64,000 bases of DNA from Synechococcus sp. (GTDB taxonomy: Bacteria > Cyanobacteriota > Cyanobacteriia > PCC-6307 > Cyanobiaceae). The notes below the pieces were generated by a model that was not told where the DNA came from, searched no databases, and saw nothing but the letters and a program-made list of their open reading frames with translations. Below, in pieces: positions 24,353 to 34,643 of this stretch. The stretch spans positions 512,001-576,000 of the forward strand of contig JBJBDL010000003.1 of the NCBI GenBank assembly GCA_047285305.1. The letters run 5' to 3'. A program made the translations under genes and the position numbers. The first letter of the stretch is position 1. Every line of letters begins with the position of its first letter.

Positions 24353-26182
24353 TCAGCCTTCCTGGTCAGGCTGAACCCATGTACTGGCCACGTGCAATTC
24401 CTCCAGCTGCTTGTCGGCCACGCCCCCTGGGGCACTGGTCATCAGGCAGCGGGCCTGCTGGGTTTTGGGGAAGGCAATGGTGTCGCGGATCGACTCCTCG
24501 CCGGCCAGCAGCATCACCATCCGGTCCACACCGAAAGCTAGACCGCCGTGGGGAGGTGCACCCACATCGAGAGCGTCCATCAGGAATCCGAACTGCTCCT
24601 GGGCCTCCTCGAGGGGCAACCCAACCGTCTGCAACACCTGGCGCTGCAGGGCGGAGTCATGGATGCGCAGGGAGCCACCGCCGAGCTCAAGGCCATTGAG
24701 CACAAGGTCGTAGGCCCGGGCCCGGGCTCCGGGCAGGGTTTCGGCCCACTTCGACGCATCGCTGCCGAGATCCTCCGCATTGGGGGCGCAGAAGGGGTGG
24801 TGCAGAGCCTCGTAACGGTTCTCGTCGCTGTTGAACTCGAACATCGGGAAGTCCACCACCCAGAGGAAGTTCCACTGGTCGTTGTCCCGGTCGGCCTTCA
24901 CCATGCCCAGCTCCTTGGCCAGGTACTGGCGCACCCGGTCGAGGGCCTTGTTCACCGTGGCGGTGTCACCTGCACCGAAAAGCAGCAGGGTGCCGGGTTC
25001 CGCGCTGGTACGGCTGAGCAGTTCCTGCTTCTGCGCATCGCTGAGGTTGTCCTTGATGGCGCCGATCGTGTCGATCTCACCGCCGTCCCGCACTCGGATG
25101 AAGGCCAGGCCACCGGCACCAGCTTTTTGGGCTTCGCTGAACACATCGCCGCCCGGTTTGATCCGAACGTTGCTCACCGCATCGTTGCCGCCGGGCACCG
25201 CGATGCACTTCACCGCGCCGCCGGACTTCACGGCTCCACTGAACACCTTGAAGCCCATGTCTTTCACGATGTCGCTCACGTTGGTGAGCTCCATGCCGTA
25301 GCGGGTGTCGGGTCGGTCGGTGCCGTAGCGCTCCATGGCGTCATGCCAGGTCATGCGTGGGAAGGGCCGCGGTAGTTCGATGCCTTTCACGGCCTTCCAG
25401 ATGGCGCAGATCAGTGATTCGTTCAGCTCCAGGATCTGCTCCTGATCCATGAAGCTCATCTCGATGTCCAGCTGGGTGAATTCCGGCTGGCGGTCGGCCC
25501 GCAGGTCTTCGTCGCGGAAACAGCGGGCCACCTGGTAGTAACGCTCGATGCCGCCCACCATCAGTAGCTGCTTGAACAACTGGGGGGACTGGGGCAGGGC
25601 GAACCATTCGCCGCCGCAGACCCGGCTGGGCAGCAAGTAGTCGCGGGCGCCTTCCGGGGTGGAGCGGGTCAGCACCGGGGTCTCCACCTCGATGAAGCCT
25701 GCGTCCTCCAGGAAGCGACGGGCGGCCTGGATGGTCTGGGCCCGCAGCCGCAGGTTGTCGTTCATGCGCTTGCGGCGCAGATCCAGATAGCGGTGGCGCA
25801 GCCGCAGTTCTTCGCGGGTGTTCTCCTCGTCGTGCACCGACACGGGGAAGGGCAGGTTGCCTTTCACGCTGTTCAGCACGGTGATGCCGCTAGCGAGTAC
25901 TTCCACAGCCCCCGTGGCCAGCTTGTCGTTCAGGGATTCGCCAGGCCGGGCCCGCACTTTCCCCTCAACCTGCAGCACGGTTTCGCTGCGCAGATGCTCG
26001 GCGACGGCGAAGGCGTCGGCGCCCAGATCTGGGTCCACCGTGATCTGCACCGTGCCGCTGCGGTCCCGCAGGTCGATGAAAATCACCCCGCCGTGATCAC
26101 GGCGTCGATCCACCCAGCCGCACAGTTGCACCTGCTGATCAATGTTCTGTTCGCGCAGGTAGCCGCAACCGTTGCTGCGCAT
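24353..26182 (-). CDS. aspS: Aspartate--tRNA ligase (probably non-discriminating)
   Basis: MRSNGCG...[34 protein letters not shown]; start at ATG 26182. Confidence 0.98.
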   Translation of the reverse strand: MRSNGCGYLREQNIDQQVQLCGWVDRRRDHGGVIFIDLRDRSGTVQITVDPDLGADAFAVAEHLRSETVLQVEGKVRARPGESLNDKLATGAVEVLASGITVLNSVKGNLPFPVSVHDEENTREELRLRHRYLDLRRKRMNDNLRLRAQTIQAARRFLEDAGFIEVETPVLTRSTPEGARDYLLPSRVCGGEWFALPQSPQLFKQLLMVGGIERYYQVARCFRDEDLRADRQPEFTQLDIEMSFMDQEQILELNESLICAIWKAVKGIELPRPFPRMTWHDAMERYGTDRPDTRYGMELTNVSDIVKDMGFKVFSGAVKSGGAVKCIAVPGGNDAVSNVRIKPGGDVFSEAQKAGAGGLAFIRVRDGGEIDTIGAIKDNLSDAQKQELLSRTSAEPGTLLLFGAGDTATVNKALDRVRQYLAKELGMVKADRDNDQWNFLWVVDFPMFEFNSDENRYEALHHPFCAPNAEDLGSDASKWAETLPGARARAYDLVLNGLELGGGSLRIHDSALQRQVLQTVGLPLEEAQEQFGFLMDALDVGAPPHGGLAFGVDRMVMLLAGEESIRDTIAFPKTQQARCLMTSAPGGVADKQLEELHVASTWVQPDQEG

Positions 26183-26231
26183 GGGATGTCTCAACTGGAG
26201 AAGAGCGAGTTTCCCACAGCAGCGGTGAGCT

Positions 26232-27335
26232 TCAGTTGCGTTTGTAGAAGGGCTTGCGAACAACCGTTGCCGGTTGGGCCTTGCCGCGGATCTCAACGCT
26301 CAGTTCGGTGCCGAGCTTGGCAAGGGATGGGGGCACATAGGCCAGGGCGATCGCTTCTTCTAAGGTGGGGGACCAGGTTCCGCTGGTGACGATGCCCACC
26401 GTCTCTCCGTTGTGCACAACGGGGTAGTCGTGGCGGGCGATGGCACGACCCTGCAGCTTGAGGCCTACCAGGCGTTTGGCGGGGCCAGATCCCACCGCCT
26501 GCTCCAGTGCCTGTCGGCCCACAAAATCCACGGGCATTTCCAGGTGCACGAGCCAACCCAACCCCGCCTCGAAGGGGTTGGTTTTGTCGTTCATGTCCTG
26601 GCCGTAAAGGTGCATGGCGGCCTCCAGCCGCAAGGTATCCCGCGCCCCCAGACCGCAGGGGGTGACACCGCGATCGAGCAAAAGCTGCCATAGCTTTTGT
26701 CCGTCGTCGGCGTTGAGCAGCAGCTCGGCACCGTCTTCGCCGGTGTAGCCCGTGCGAGCACTGAACACTGGTTGGCTCAAGCCCTTGAGTTTGAGCATCT
26801 GGTGGCCGAAGCGGGGCAAGCCGCTGAGGTCTTCGCCGCTCAGCTCCTGCAGCAATCCCATTGCCTCAGGGCCCTGCAGAGCGAGCAGCACGCCGTCTTT
26901 TTTGATGTCGGTCACCGTCAGGCCAGCGGGCTCCATCTGTTCACGGATCCAGGCGGTGTCGCTGTCGGCGCAGGCGGCATTGATCACCAGCACCAGCGCA
27001 CCCCGTTCGGCATCGATGGCACCGCAGTCGTAGACGATGAGGTCGTCGCGAATGCCGCCGCGCTCGTTCAGCAGAACCGAGTAGCAGGCTTCGCCGGGAC
27101 CGATGCGGTGCAGGTCGCTGGGGATCAGCCGTTGCAGCGCATCCTTGGGATTGGCACCTTCGAGGCGCAGCACTCCCATGTGGGAAATGTCGAACATGCC
27201 GACCCGTTCGCGAACGGCCTTGTGTTCCTGGATCAGGCCGCTGAACTGAACCGGCATTTCCCAGCCGGCAAACGGCACCATGCGGCCCCCGGCGCTACGG
27301 CAGGACTCGAACAGGGGAGTGCGCTGCAGGGACAT
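26232..27335 (-). CDS. gcvT: Glycine cleavage system aminomethyltransferase T
   Basis: [38 protein letters not shown]; start at ATG 27335. Confidence 0.97.
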   Translation of the reverse strand: MSLQRTPLFESCRSAGGRMVPFAGWEMPVQFSGLIQEHKAVRERVGMFDISHMGVLRLEGANPKDALQRLIPSDLHRIGPGEACYSVLLNERGGIRDDLIVYDCGAIDAERGALVLVINAACADSDTAWIREQMEPAGLTVTDIKKDGVLLALQGPEAMGLLQELSGEDLSGLPRFGHQMLKLKGLSQPVFSARTGYTGEDGAELLLNADDGQKLWQLLLDRGVTPCGLGARDTLRLEAAMHLYGQDMNDKTNPFEAGLGWLVHLEMPVDFVGRQALEQAVGSGPAKRLVGLKLQGRAIARHDYPVVHNGETVGIVTSGTWSPTLEEAIALAYVPPSLAKLGTELSVEIRGKAQPATVVRKPFYKRN

Positions 27336-27465
27336 GGGGGCGGCCGATGAGAAGCGCATTCTTATGGAGGGCTTCACGATCCGGAAGGGAACCCGGAAAT
27401 TTGCCCCTGTCCATGGTCCGTTGTGCAGACCGTCACTAGCCTGAGGGCGTTTCCGGAGCACTTGC

Positions 27466-27678
27466 TTGGCCAACGGCTCCTGCTGTCGCAGTTGTCAGTA
27501 CTGCACCCTTCCGGCAGGTGCGAAGGGGTGGTGCCGTCTGCGCCGGTTGGAGGTATTGGCCGAGATTGCAGATCTGATGGTCTGTCACCACTGGACCCCT
27601 CGTTCCCCCAAGCTTCCGGCTTTGCAGAGCAGCGGTGTTGGAGAGCGTCAGCTGGAACTGGATCGCAGCTTGACCTGA
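27466..27678 (+). CDS. Small Cys-rich hypothetical protein (70 aa)
   Basis: CCRSCQYC...GWCRL...VCHHW; fills the gap between gcvT and the cNMP-binding gene. Confidence 0.6.
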   Translation: MANGSCCRSCQYCTLPAGAKGWCRLRRLEVLAEIADLMVCHHWTPRSPKLPALQSSGVGERQLELDRSLT

Positions 27679-27762
27679 GCCTGGATCCATCCATGACTCC
27701 GCCATTGCTGATGGCCTACACCGGATGAACGCGGGATACTGCAGCCACCCCCCGTTGTTGCC

Positions 27763-28151
27763 TTGTCCGCCTCAGCTCCGCTGACTCCTCTGGAACTGAT
27801 CCAGGAACAGCCTGAGGTGGATCGCCTGACCCTTCCCACTGGCACAAGTGTTTTCAGTGCCGGTGAGCCTGTGCAGTTCATCCATGTGATTGAACAGGGA
27901 TGGATGGAACTGAGCAGTGGTCCGTTGAACCGCATTCGCTTTGGTCCTGGTGAATTGTTTTTCTATGAGGATTTCGTGGATGGCGCCAAGTGTCACAGCC
28001 GTGATGCCACAGCGGTGACGCCTGTTTCATTGTTCCGCCTGAGCCGCTCCAATTTTCTGGCGCTCATCCATCGGCACCCAACGCTGGTGCTGCAATTGCT
28101 CAGCAAACAGCACAGCCGTTTGCGGCAGCAGCGGGCTGATGCCCGTCACTT

Positions 28152-28158
<7 letters not shown>
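27763..28158 (+). CDS. Cyclic nucleotide-binding domain protein (Crp/Fnr-like, no HTH visible)
   Basis: GTSVFSAGEP..IHVIEQG..GPGELF..HSRDATA. Confidence 0.8.
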
Positions 28159-29905
<1,747 letters not shown>

Positions 29906-30149
29906 CTAAGGACCCGGGGGGGCTGTTCCCAAGCCCCAGATGTGGTGATCTCGGGATTGACGAACGCAATATGTGGAGGCCGAATGTGCTCGGATGGGGA
30001 GCTCCTATGGAAGAGGGCAGCTTCAAAGCCTTTTCGTCAGATCAAAGCTTTTGTTTTACGGACAGGGCTCAGGCTTGATGCAGGTGTTTCCTCTTCGAAG
30101 CATCAACCTGGTGGGAGCATCCTGTTGTTCTTGAGCCAGGAGATGGCTG

Positions 30150-30581
30150 GTGCAAGACCTGGTGGTGAACGAGCGGTTGACCATTCCGTCCAGGGAGCTG
30201 CGCTGGCGGTTCAGCCGCTCATCCGGTCCCGGCGGGCAGGGGGTCAATACCACCGATTCCCGTGTGGAATTGCTTCTGGATCTGGCGAACTGCTCTTGTC
30301 TGGGTCCATTTCGCCGCGCCCGATTGCTGGAGCACTTCCAGGCCCGGTTGGTGGAGGGTTGCCTGCGGGTTGTGGTCGCAGAAGAGCGCTCCCAATGGCA
30401 GAACCGTCAGAAGGCTTTGCATCGCATGGGGGAGCTGCTGCGGGAGGGCTTGCAGCCAGCGCCGCGTGCCCGAAAGGCCACACGGCCGGGTCGTGGTGCC
30501 GTGAAGCGGCGCTTGGACACGAAGAAAAAGCGTGGTGACCTCAAGCGTCAACGGCGCAGTCGGCCCTCCCTGGACGATTAA
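30150..30581 (+). CDS. arfB: Alternative ribosome rescue peptidyl-tRNA hydrolase
   Basis: RSSGPGGQGVN, RSQWQNR, basic C-terminal tail. Confidence 0.93.
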   Translation: MQDLVVNERLTIPSRELRWRFSRSSGPGGQGVNTTDSRVELLLDLANCSCLGPFRRARLLEHFQARLVEGCLRVVVAEERSQWQNRQKALHRMGELLREGLQPAPRARKATRPGRGAVKRRLDTKKKRGDLKRQRRSRPSLDD

Positions 30582-31411
30582 TTGGATTCAGAAGTGGAGG
30601 AGTGTTCCTCTCGGATCGCTGCTTTGGCCTGTTTCCAGAGGGCTTCCAATTCGTTGATGCTGCGGCCCTTCAGATCCCCATCCAGTGCGGCTTCAACGCG
30701 GGAGAAACGGTCGAGGAAGCGTTGATTCGTGCCGGAGAGGCCTTCTTCGGGTTCGATTTGGCACCAACGGGCCACATTCACCAGGGTGAACAGCAGATCG
30801 CCCAGTTCCTCCTGGGCATGGCCGTTGTTGCCGTTGGCTACCGCCTCCTTGAGTTCGTCCAGCTCCTCATGGACCTTCTCCCAGACGCCGGCCATGTCAT
30901 CCCACTCGAAGCCGGCTTTGGCCGCTTTCTTGGAAATGGTCATGGCTCCAGCCAGGGCCGGCAGGCCGCGCACCTTGGCTCTGAGCCGGTCGCTGAGGGG
31001 GCTGGCGGAGCCCGCCAGGGCCTTGGCCTGCTCCTCGAGCTTGATGGCCTCCCAGCTGCGTCGCACTTCGTCACTGGTGCTGGCATCGGCATCGCCGAAC
31101 ACATGGGGGTGACGGCGGATCAGCTTGTCGCTGATGCCATTGGCAATTGCATCTAAATCAAAGCGTTGCTGCTCCCGAGCGATTTGAGCATGCAGCACCA
31201 CCTGCAGCAGCAGATCCCCCAGCTCTTCCTTTATCTCGGCATCGCTGCCCTGGCGGATCGCGTCGGCCACTTCGTGGGCCTCTTCCAGCACGTAGGGCAC
31301 CAACGAAGCATGGGTCTGCTCCAGATCCCAGGGACAGCCCGTTGTTGGATCCCTGAGTTGTGCCACAACATCGATCAGTCGCTGGATGGCGTCAGAAGGA
31401 GCGTTGGCCAT
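30578..31411 (-). CDS. mazG: Nucleoside triphosphate pyrophosphohydrolase
   Basis: GCPWDLEQT, EEAHEV, EELGDLL twice, RRHPHVF. Confidence 0.96.
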   Translation of the reverse strand: MANAPSDAIQRLIDVVAQLRDPTTGCPWDLEQTHASLVPYVLEEAHEVADAIRQGSDAEIKEELGDLLLQVVLHAQIAREQQRFDLDAIANGISDKLIRRHPHVFGDADASTSDEVRRSWEAIKLEEQAKALAGSASPLSDRLRAKVRGLPALAGAMTISKKAAKAGFEWDDMAGVWEKVHEELDELKEAVANGNNGHAQEELGDLLFTLVNVARWCQIEPEEGLSGTNQRFLDRFSRVEAALDGDLKGRSINELEALWKQAKAAIREEHSSTSESN

Positions 31412-31444
31412 GCCGGGGCAATAACTGAGGCAACGCCCACCCTC

Positions 31445-31927
31445 TCATCGCTGTCGTTTCTTCGACCATTCCTGGGGCCAGGGGTCGCCATCGAGGATTA
31501 GGTGGATCCATGCGCTGCTCTCCAAACCCACAAGCAGAGCGATTAACTCCTGTGGGTGCTGACGCATCAGTTGCTGGAGCGTCGTCAGCAGCATCGCTGG
31601 TGAGAATGCTGGAACCGCCATGCTCATGATCAGGCACCAGGTGAGCAGCACCGTAAGGCGCACGGTTGTTCCCAGCAGAGGACCATGGGACCAGAGCGAG
31701 CGATGGGGAATCAGGAGGCGGTAGGGCCACCAGAGAAAGCTGAGGGCTCCCCACCGCCGCAGCGCATTGGAGCGGGTATCCAGGTCTGGGGACAGCCATA
31801 GACCGCCAGCCAGGCAGCTGGCGGCGGCGATCAAGGCTGCAGCCCACCCCAGCACCAAGCCAACAGCGATGCCGAGCGGGAGGCTCAGGATCCAGATGCT
31901 CTGGTCGTGGCGGCGACCCGTTGCCAA
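31445..31927 (-). CDS. DUF2227 family putative metal-binding membrane protein
   Basis: GRRHD, LSPDLD, HRSLWSHGP, HLILD; TTG 31927 likely start. Confidence 0.85.
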   Translation of the reverse strand: MATGRRHDQSIWILSLPLGIAVGLVLGWAAALIAAASCLAGGLWLSPDLDTRSNALRRWGALSFLWWPYRLLIPHRSLWSHGPLLGTTVRLTVLLTWCLIMSMAVPAFSPAMLLTTLQQLMRQHPQELIALLVGLESSAWIHLILDGDPWPQEWSKKRQR

Positions 31928-31985
31928 GTCCTCGGGGCTGTCGTATGCCCCCAAGCTGACGCGTTAGGGCAGAATCTGCCTAGTG

Positions 31986-32057
31986 GGGCGATTAGCTCAG
32001 CGGTAGAGCACCTCCCTTACAAGGAGATTGTCACTGGTTCGATCCCAGTATCGCCCA
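31986..32057 (+). tRNA. trnV: tRNA-Val(TAC)
   Basis: Cloverleaf GGGCGAT/ATCGCCC, D-arm GCTC/GAGC, loop CT-TAC-AA, T-arm ACTGG-TTCGATC-CCAGT. Confidence 0.98.
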
Positions 32058-32090
32058 CTCTCAAAAAAACCAGTTCACTACGGGTTTCTG

Positions 32091-32111
32091 AGCGGTCGCA
32101 AGGCCGCTTTT
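32091..32111 (+). terminator. Terminator downstream of tRNA-Val
   Basis: AGCGGTC-GCAA-GGCCGCT-TTT. Confidence 0.7.
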
Positions 32112-32121
32112 GTGCTGTCTG

Positions 32122-32187
32122 GCTAAAGCTGGCCGCGGCTTGCTAAAGCTGTTTTGCTCTAAAAACTGCCCTAGAACGGCCTAGAGC
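32122..32187. repeat. Left-end short repeats (candidate integrase arm sites)
   Basis: GCTAAAGCTG at 32122 and 32142; GCTCTAAAAA 32156; GCCCTAGAAC 32168; inverted CTAGAGC 32181. Confidence 0.5.
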
Positions 32188-32238
32188 AAGCCCCGCTTTC
32201 ATTCCTCCCAGGTAGCGGACAAAACCAACTTCAAGAAA

Positions 32239-32499
32239 ATGCTTATGGGTTACGAGCCCACAGGAGATGTCAGCGACACGTTCAAAACCAAAAAGGCTTG
32301 GATGACAGCACTGGCAGAAGACACAGCAGGATTCAAGCCATGGGACGAGCCTCCCTACGACTTTGTGGGATGCGGTCAGATCAAAACCGCCCGGCGCAGC
32401 ACGGCTGATGATGACAGCGCGCTGAAACTCCCCAGCTGGATCTGGTACTTGGCCGCAGCACTGGTTGTCGCTGTTGGGATCGCGATCCTGGCCGGTTGA
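32239..32499 (+). CDS. Hypothetical protein with C-terminal TM helix
   Basis: 86-aa ORF ending WIWYLAAALVVAVGIAILAG. Confidence 0.55.
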   Translation: MLMGYEPTGDVSDTFKTKKAWMTALAEDTAGFKPWDEPPYDFVGCGQIKTARRSTADDDSALKLPSWIWYLAAALVVAVGIAILAG

Positions 32500-32726
32500 T
32501 GGAAGTCATCTACCTGATCTTTTTCTTCGTTACGAGGGGGGCTGCTTTTACCGATCAGGTGCCACAGGCATCAATAGAGCAGTGCGAAGAAAACGGCGCT
32601 GAGCTCCAAAAGCTTTACCGCGAGATTAAGTTCAAATGCATCCCCGGGCTCGCGGAGGGTTCAGGCACGCCAATCTCAACCGAGGAACTTATGAATCGCT
32701 ACGGCTTCAATGATTCCACCTACTGA
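32496..32726 (+). CDS. Hypothetical protein with hydrophobic N-terminus and a Cys pair
   Basis: 76-aa ORF overlapping the previous stop; SIEQCEENG..FKCIPG. Confidence 0.55.
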   Translation: MMEVIYLIFFFVTRGAAFTDQVPQASIEQCEENGAELQKLYREIKFKCIPGLAEGSGTPISTEELMNRYGFNDSTY

Positions 32727-32987
32727 CTAGACTTAACTCCATTTGCGACCGTTTTCCGGTCGCTGCAATCGATTCAGGTAATGTAAGTCTTTCTCTATAT
32801 GGAGAGCTAGGGCAAATTTATAAGCACTAAGTAATGATAATGATTGCCACTACACCTTGGAAGAGAGGTCACCGTTTCTGCCCTGCCAATTAATTCCACC
32901 AGTCGGCTTAAGATCGTTCATGACACTGTCTAATTCTTGATATTTATCATGAGAGTGGTATGATTCATGGGCGAAGCAAAGTGTTGA

Positions 32988-33668
32988 ATGCCTGGCGAAT
33001 CTATAGGTCTTTCTACGAAGCTTCACGCCTCCGATAATTCATATGGCTTAGCTGTGGCTTATAAAATGCGGAACTCTATGAAAGGGAGGCTGGAGATTCC
33101 ATCCGCTATTGTTGATTCTGAGAGGTTTAAGAGTGTTAGTTCGGTACTTGATTACGGTACAGGCAAGGGTGGTCTCGTGACGCTCCTGAAAGAATCTCAT
33201 CTCCTGCATGATATTGACATACAAGGCTTTGATCCCGCGGTAAAAGAGTTTGTGCAAAGGCCTGACCAATCGTTTGACATTATTACCTGTATAGATGTAC
33301 TTGAGCATATTGATCGTTACGCGATCGAGGATGTTATAAAAGATATACGTAGTCTTTTGGATGGTTTTTTATTCTTCGCTATAGACTTAGCCCCTGCCAA
33401 GAAAATCCTTTCGGATGGTAGAAATGCACACATAACTCTTGCACCTGCTGATTGGTGGTCTCAGCAAATATCAGCTCAATTTTCGTTTACACGATTTATC
33501 CAAGTTGGAGAAACTTCCTCGGGTTTGCGCTCGCAATTTCACTTGTTTGGCTGGGCCACTAACGACCGTTTTGCTCAGAAAGCTGCCAATGGTTTCTTGG
33601 ATTCAATCAAAATACTTCAAAAGCGTTGGATAATTCTGGAAAACGGTGTGGTTGAGTTGGAAGACTAG
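32988..33668 (+). CDS. Class I SAM-dependent methyltransferase
   Basis: VLDYGTGKG, GFDPAV, DIITCIDVLEHI; AT-rich. Confidence 0.85.
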   Translation: MPGESIGLSTKLHASDNSYGLAVAYKMRNSMKGRLEIPSAIVDSERFKSVSSVLDYGTGKGGLVTLLKESHLLHDIDIQGFDPAVKEFVQRPDQSFDIITCIDVLEHIDRYAIEDVIKDIRSLLDGFLFFAIDLAPAKKILSDGRNAHITLAPADWWSQQISAQFSFTRFIQVGETSSGLRSQFHLFGWATNDRFAQKAANGFLDSIKILQKRWIILENGVVELED

Positions 33669-33773
33669 GATCAAACTATACGTATTTTGCTTAGAGATTT
33701 ACTAATACCCTTGTCGGCATATTTATAATTAGAAATTTGGGTTCACTCACTCAAGCTTTTTCTATCTTTTTTC

Positions 33774-33797
33774 TGGATGTAATTTCAATTACATCCA
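33774..33797. promoter_or_regulatory. Perfect palindrome containing an NtcA consensus
   Basis: TGGATGTAATT-TC-AATTACATCCA; core TGTA-N8-TACA. Confidence 0.5.
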
Positions 33798-33826
33798 ATC
33801 AGAAGCTGCTGATGATGCTGCCCTAA

Positions 33827-33958
33827 TCAGAGCTTGGACAGTTTCCAGTGAGCCTAAGCTGCCTTCCTCAAAATTTTCTGCGCATCTTCTCGTGTCAAGC
33901 ACTCTTGAGCCCGGTAAGCAAGCTTGCTCAGTTTTTTGTGCTGCTTGTCAGGGTTCAC
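33827..33958 (-). pseudogene. Small basic helical protein gene with internal stop
   Basis: VNPDKQHKKLSKLAYRAQECLTREDAQKILRKAA*AHWKLSKL; TAG at 33854-33856. Confidence 0.5.
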
Positions 33959-34053
33959 TGGCAAAAAAAATACTCTTCAACCAGAACTGAACCAAAAAAC
34001 AAAGCCCCGTTCAAGTGCCATCCGATAAGGGCTCACTATTCAATTGAACCATA

Positions 34054-34118
34054 ACCGGGTACCGTCCTTACCATGTGAACTTGGACGGATCAGCAACCCC
34101 CTCCAGGGGACTTTTTTT
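34054..34118 (+). ncRNA. Candidate small RNA (stem-loop plus intrinsic terminator)
   Basis: CCGTCC-15 nt loop-GGACGG, then CCCC-CTCCA-GGGG-AC-T7. Confidence 0.4.
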
Positions 34119-34643
34119 GGAGTTTTTCGATGAAGTGGATGCTGCTTCTGGTCCTCATGGTGATTGGCGTAGGGACGCTGATGGGGATAACGGCGACGCC
34201 GGTGATCTGAGCTGACGAATGCTGGATTACGTCGCCACCCTGTCGACATCCGCAGCACCAGTAAAATAGATGGCGAAGCAGCTTCAACCTCTTCTGCTTA
34301 TTGAGCTGGCATTGATCACGGTTTCCCTTGGTGGCACCAGCGGTTCAGTTGTCCTCCTGTCGATGGTCTTTTGAGTTTGGGCTGGATGCATCATTGGCGA
34401 AGTGCCAAGGAGAAACTCCTTGGTCAATCAAAACCCAACAATGAAAGAGAGGCTCGTCGGGTTAAAAACACTTACTGGACTGGAGGGCAAGGAAATAATT
34501 TCTAAGGGTATTCAACCCGTTCTTACTGAAAACTATGGATACGCGAAGAAACGCTCCAGGGTTCAGAAGAAGCTGATCCAAATTGAAGCAACTCCATCTC
34601 AGAAATCACAAGGAGGCTAAGATTAATTGCTGAGCTAATAACC

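Noticed and set aside
32830..32848. Fur-box-like AGTAATGATAATGATTGCC upstream of the methyltransferase
   Set aside because: 14/19 match to the E. coli consensus but in AT-rich DNA and with no iron-related gene; chance cannot be excluded
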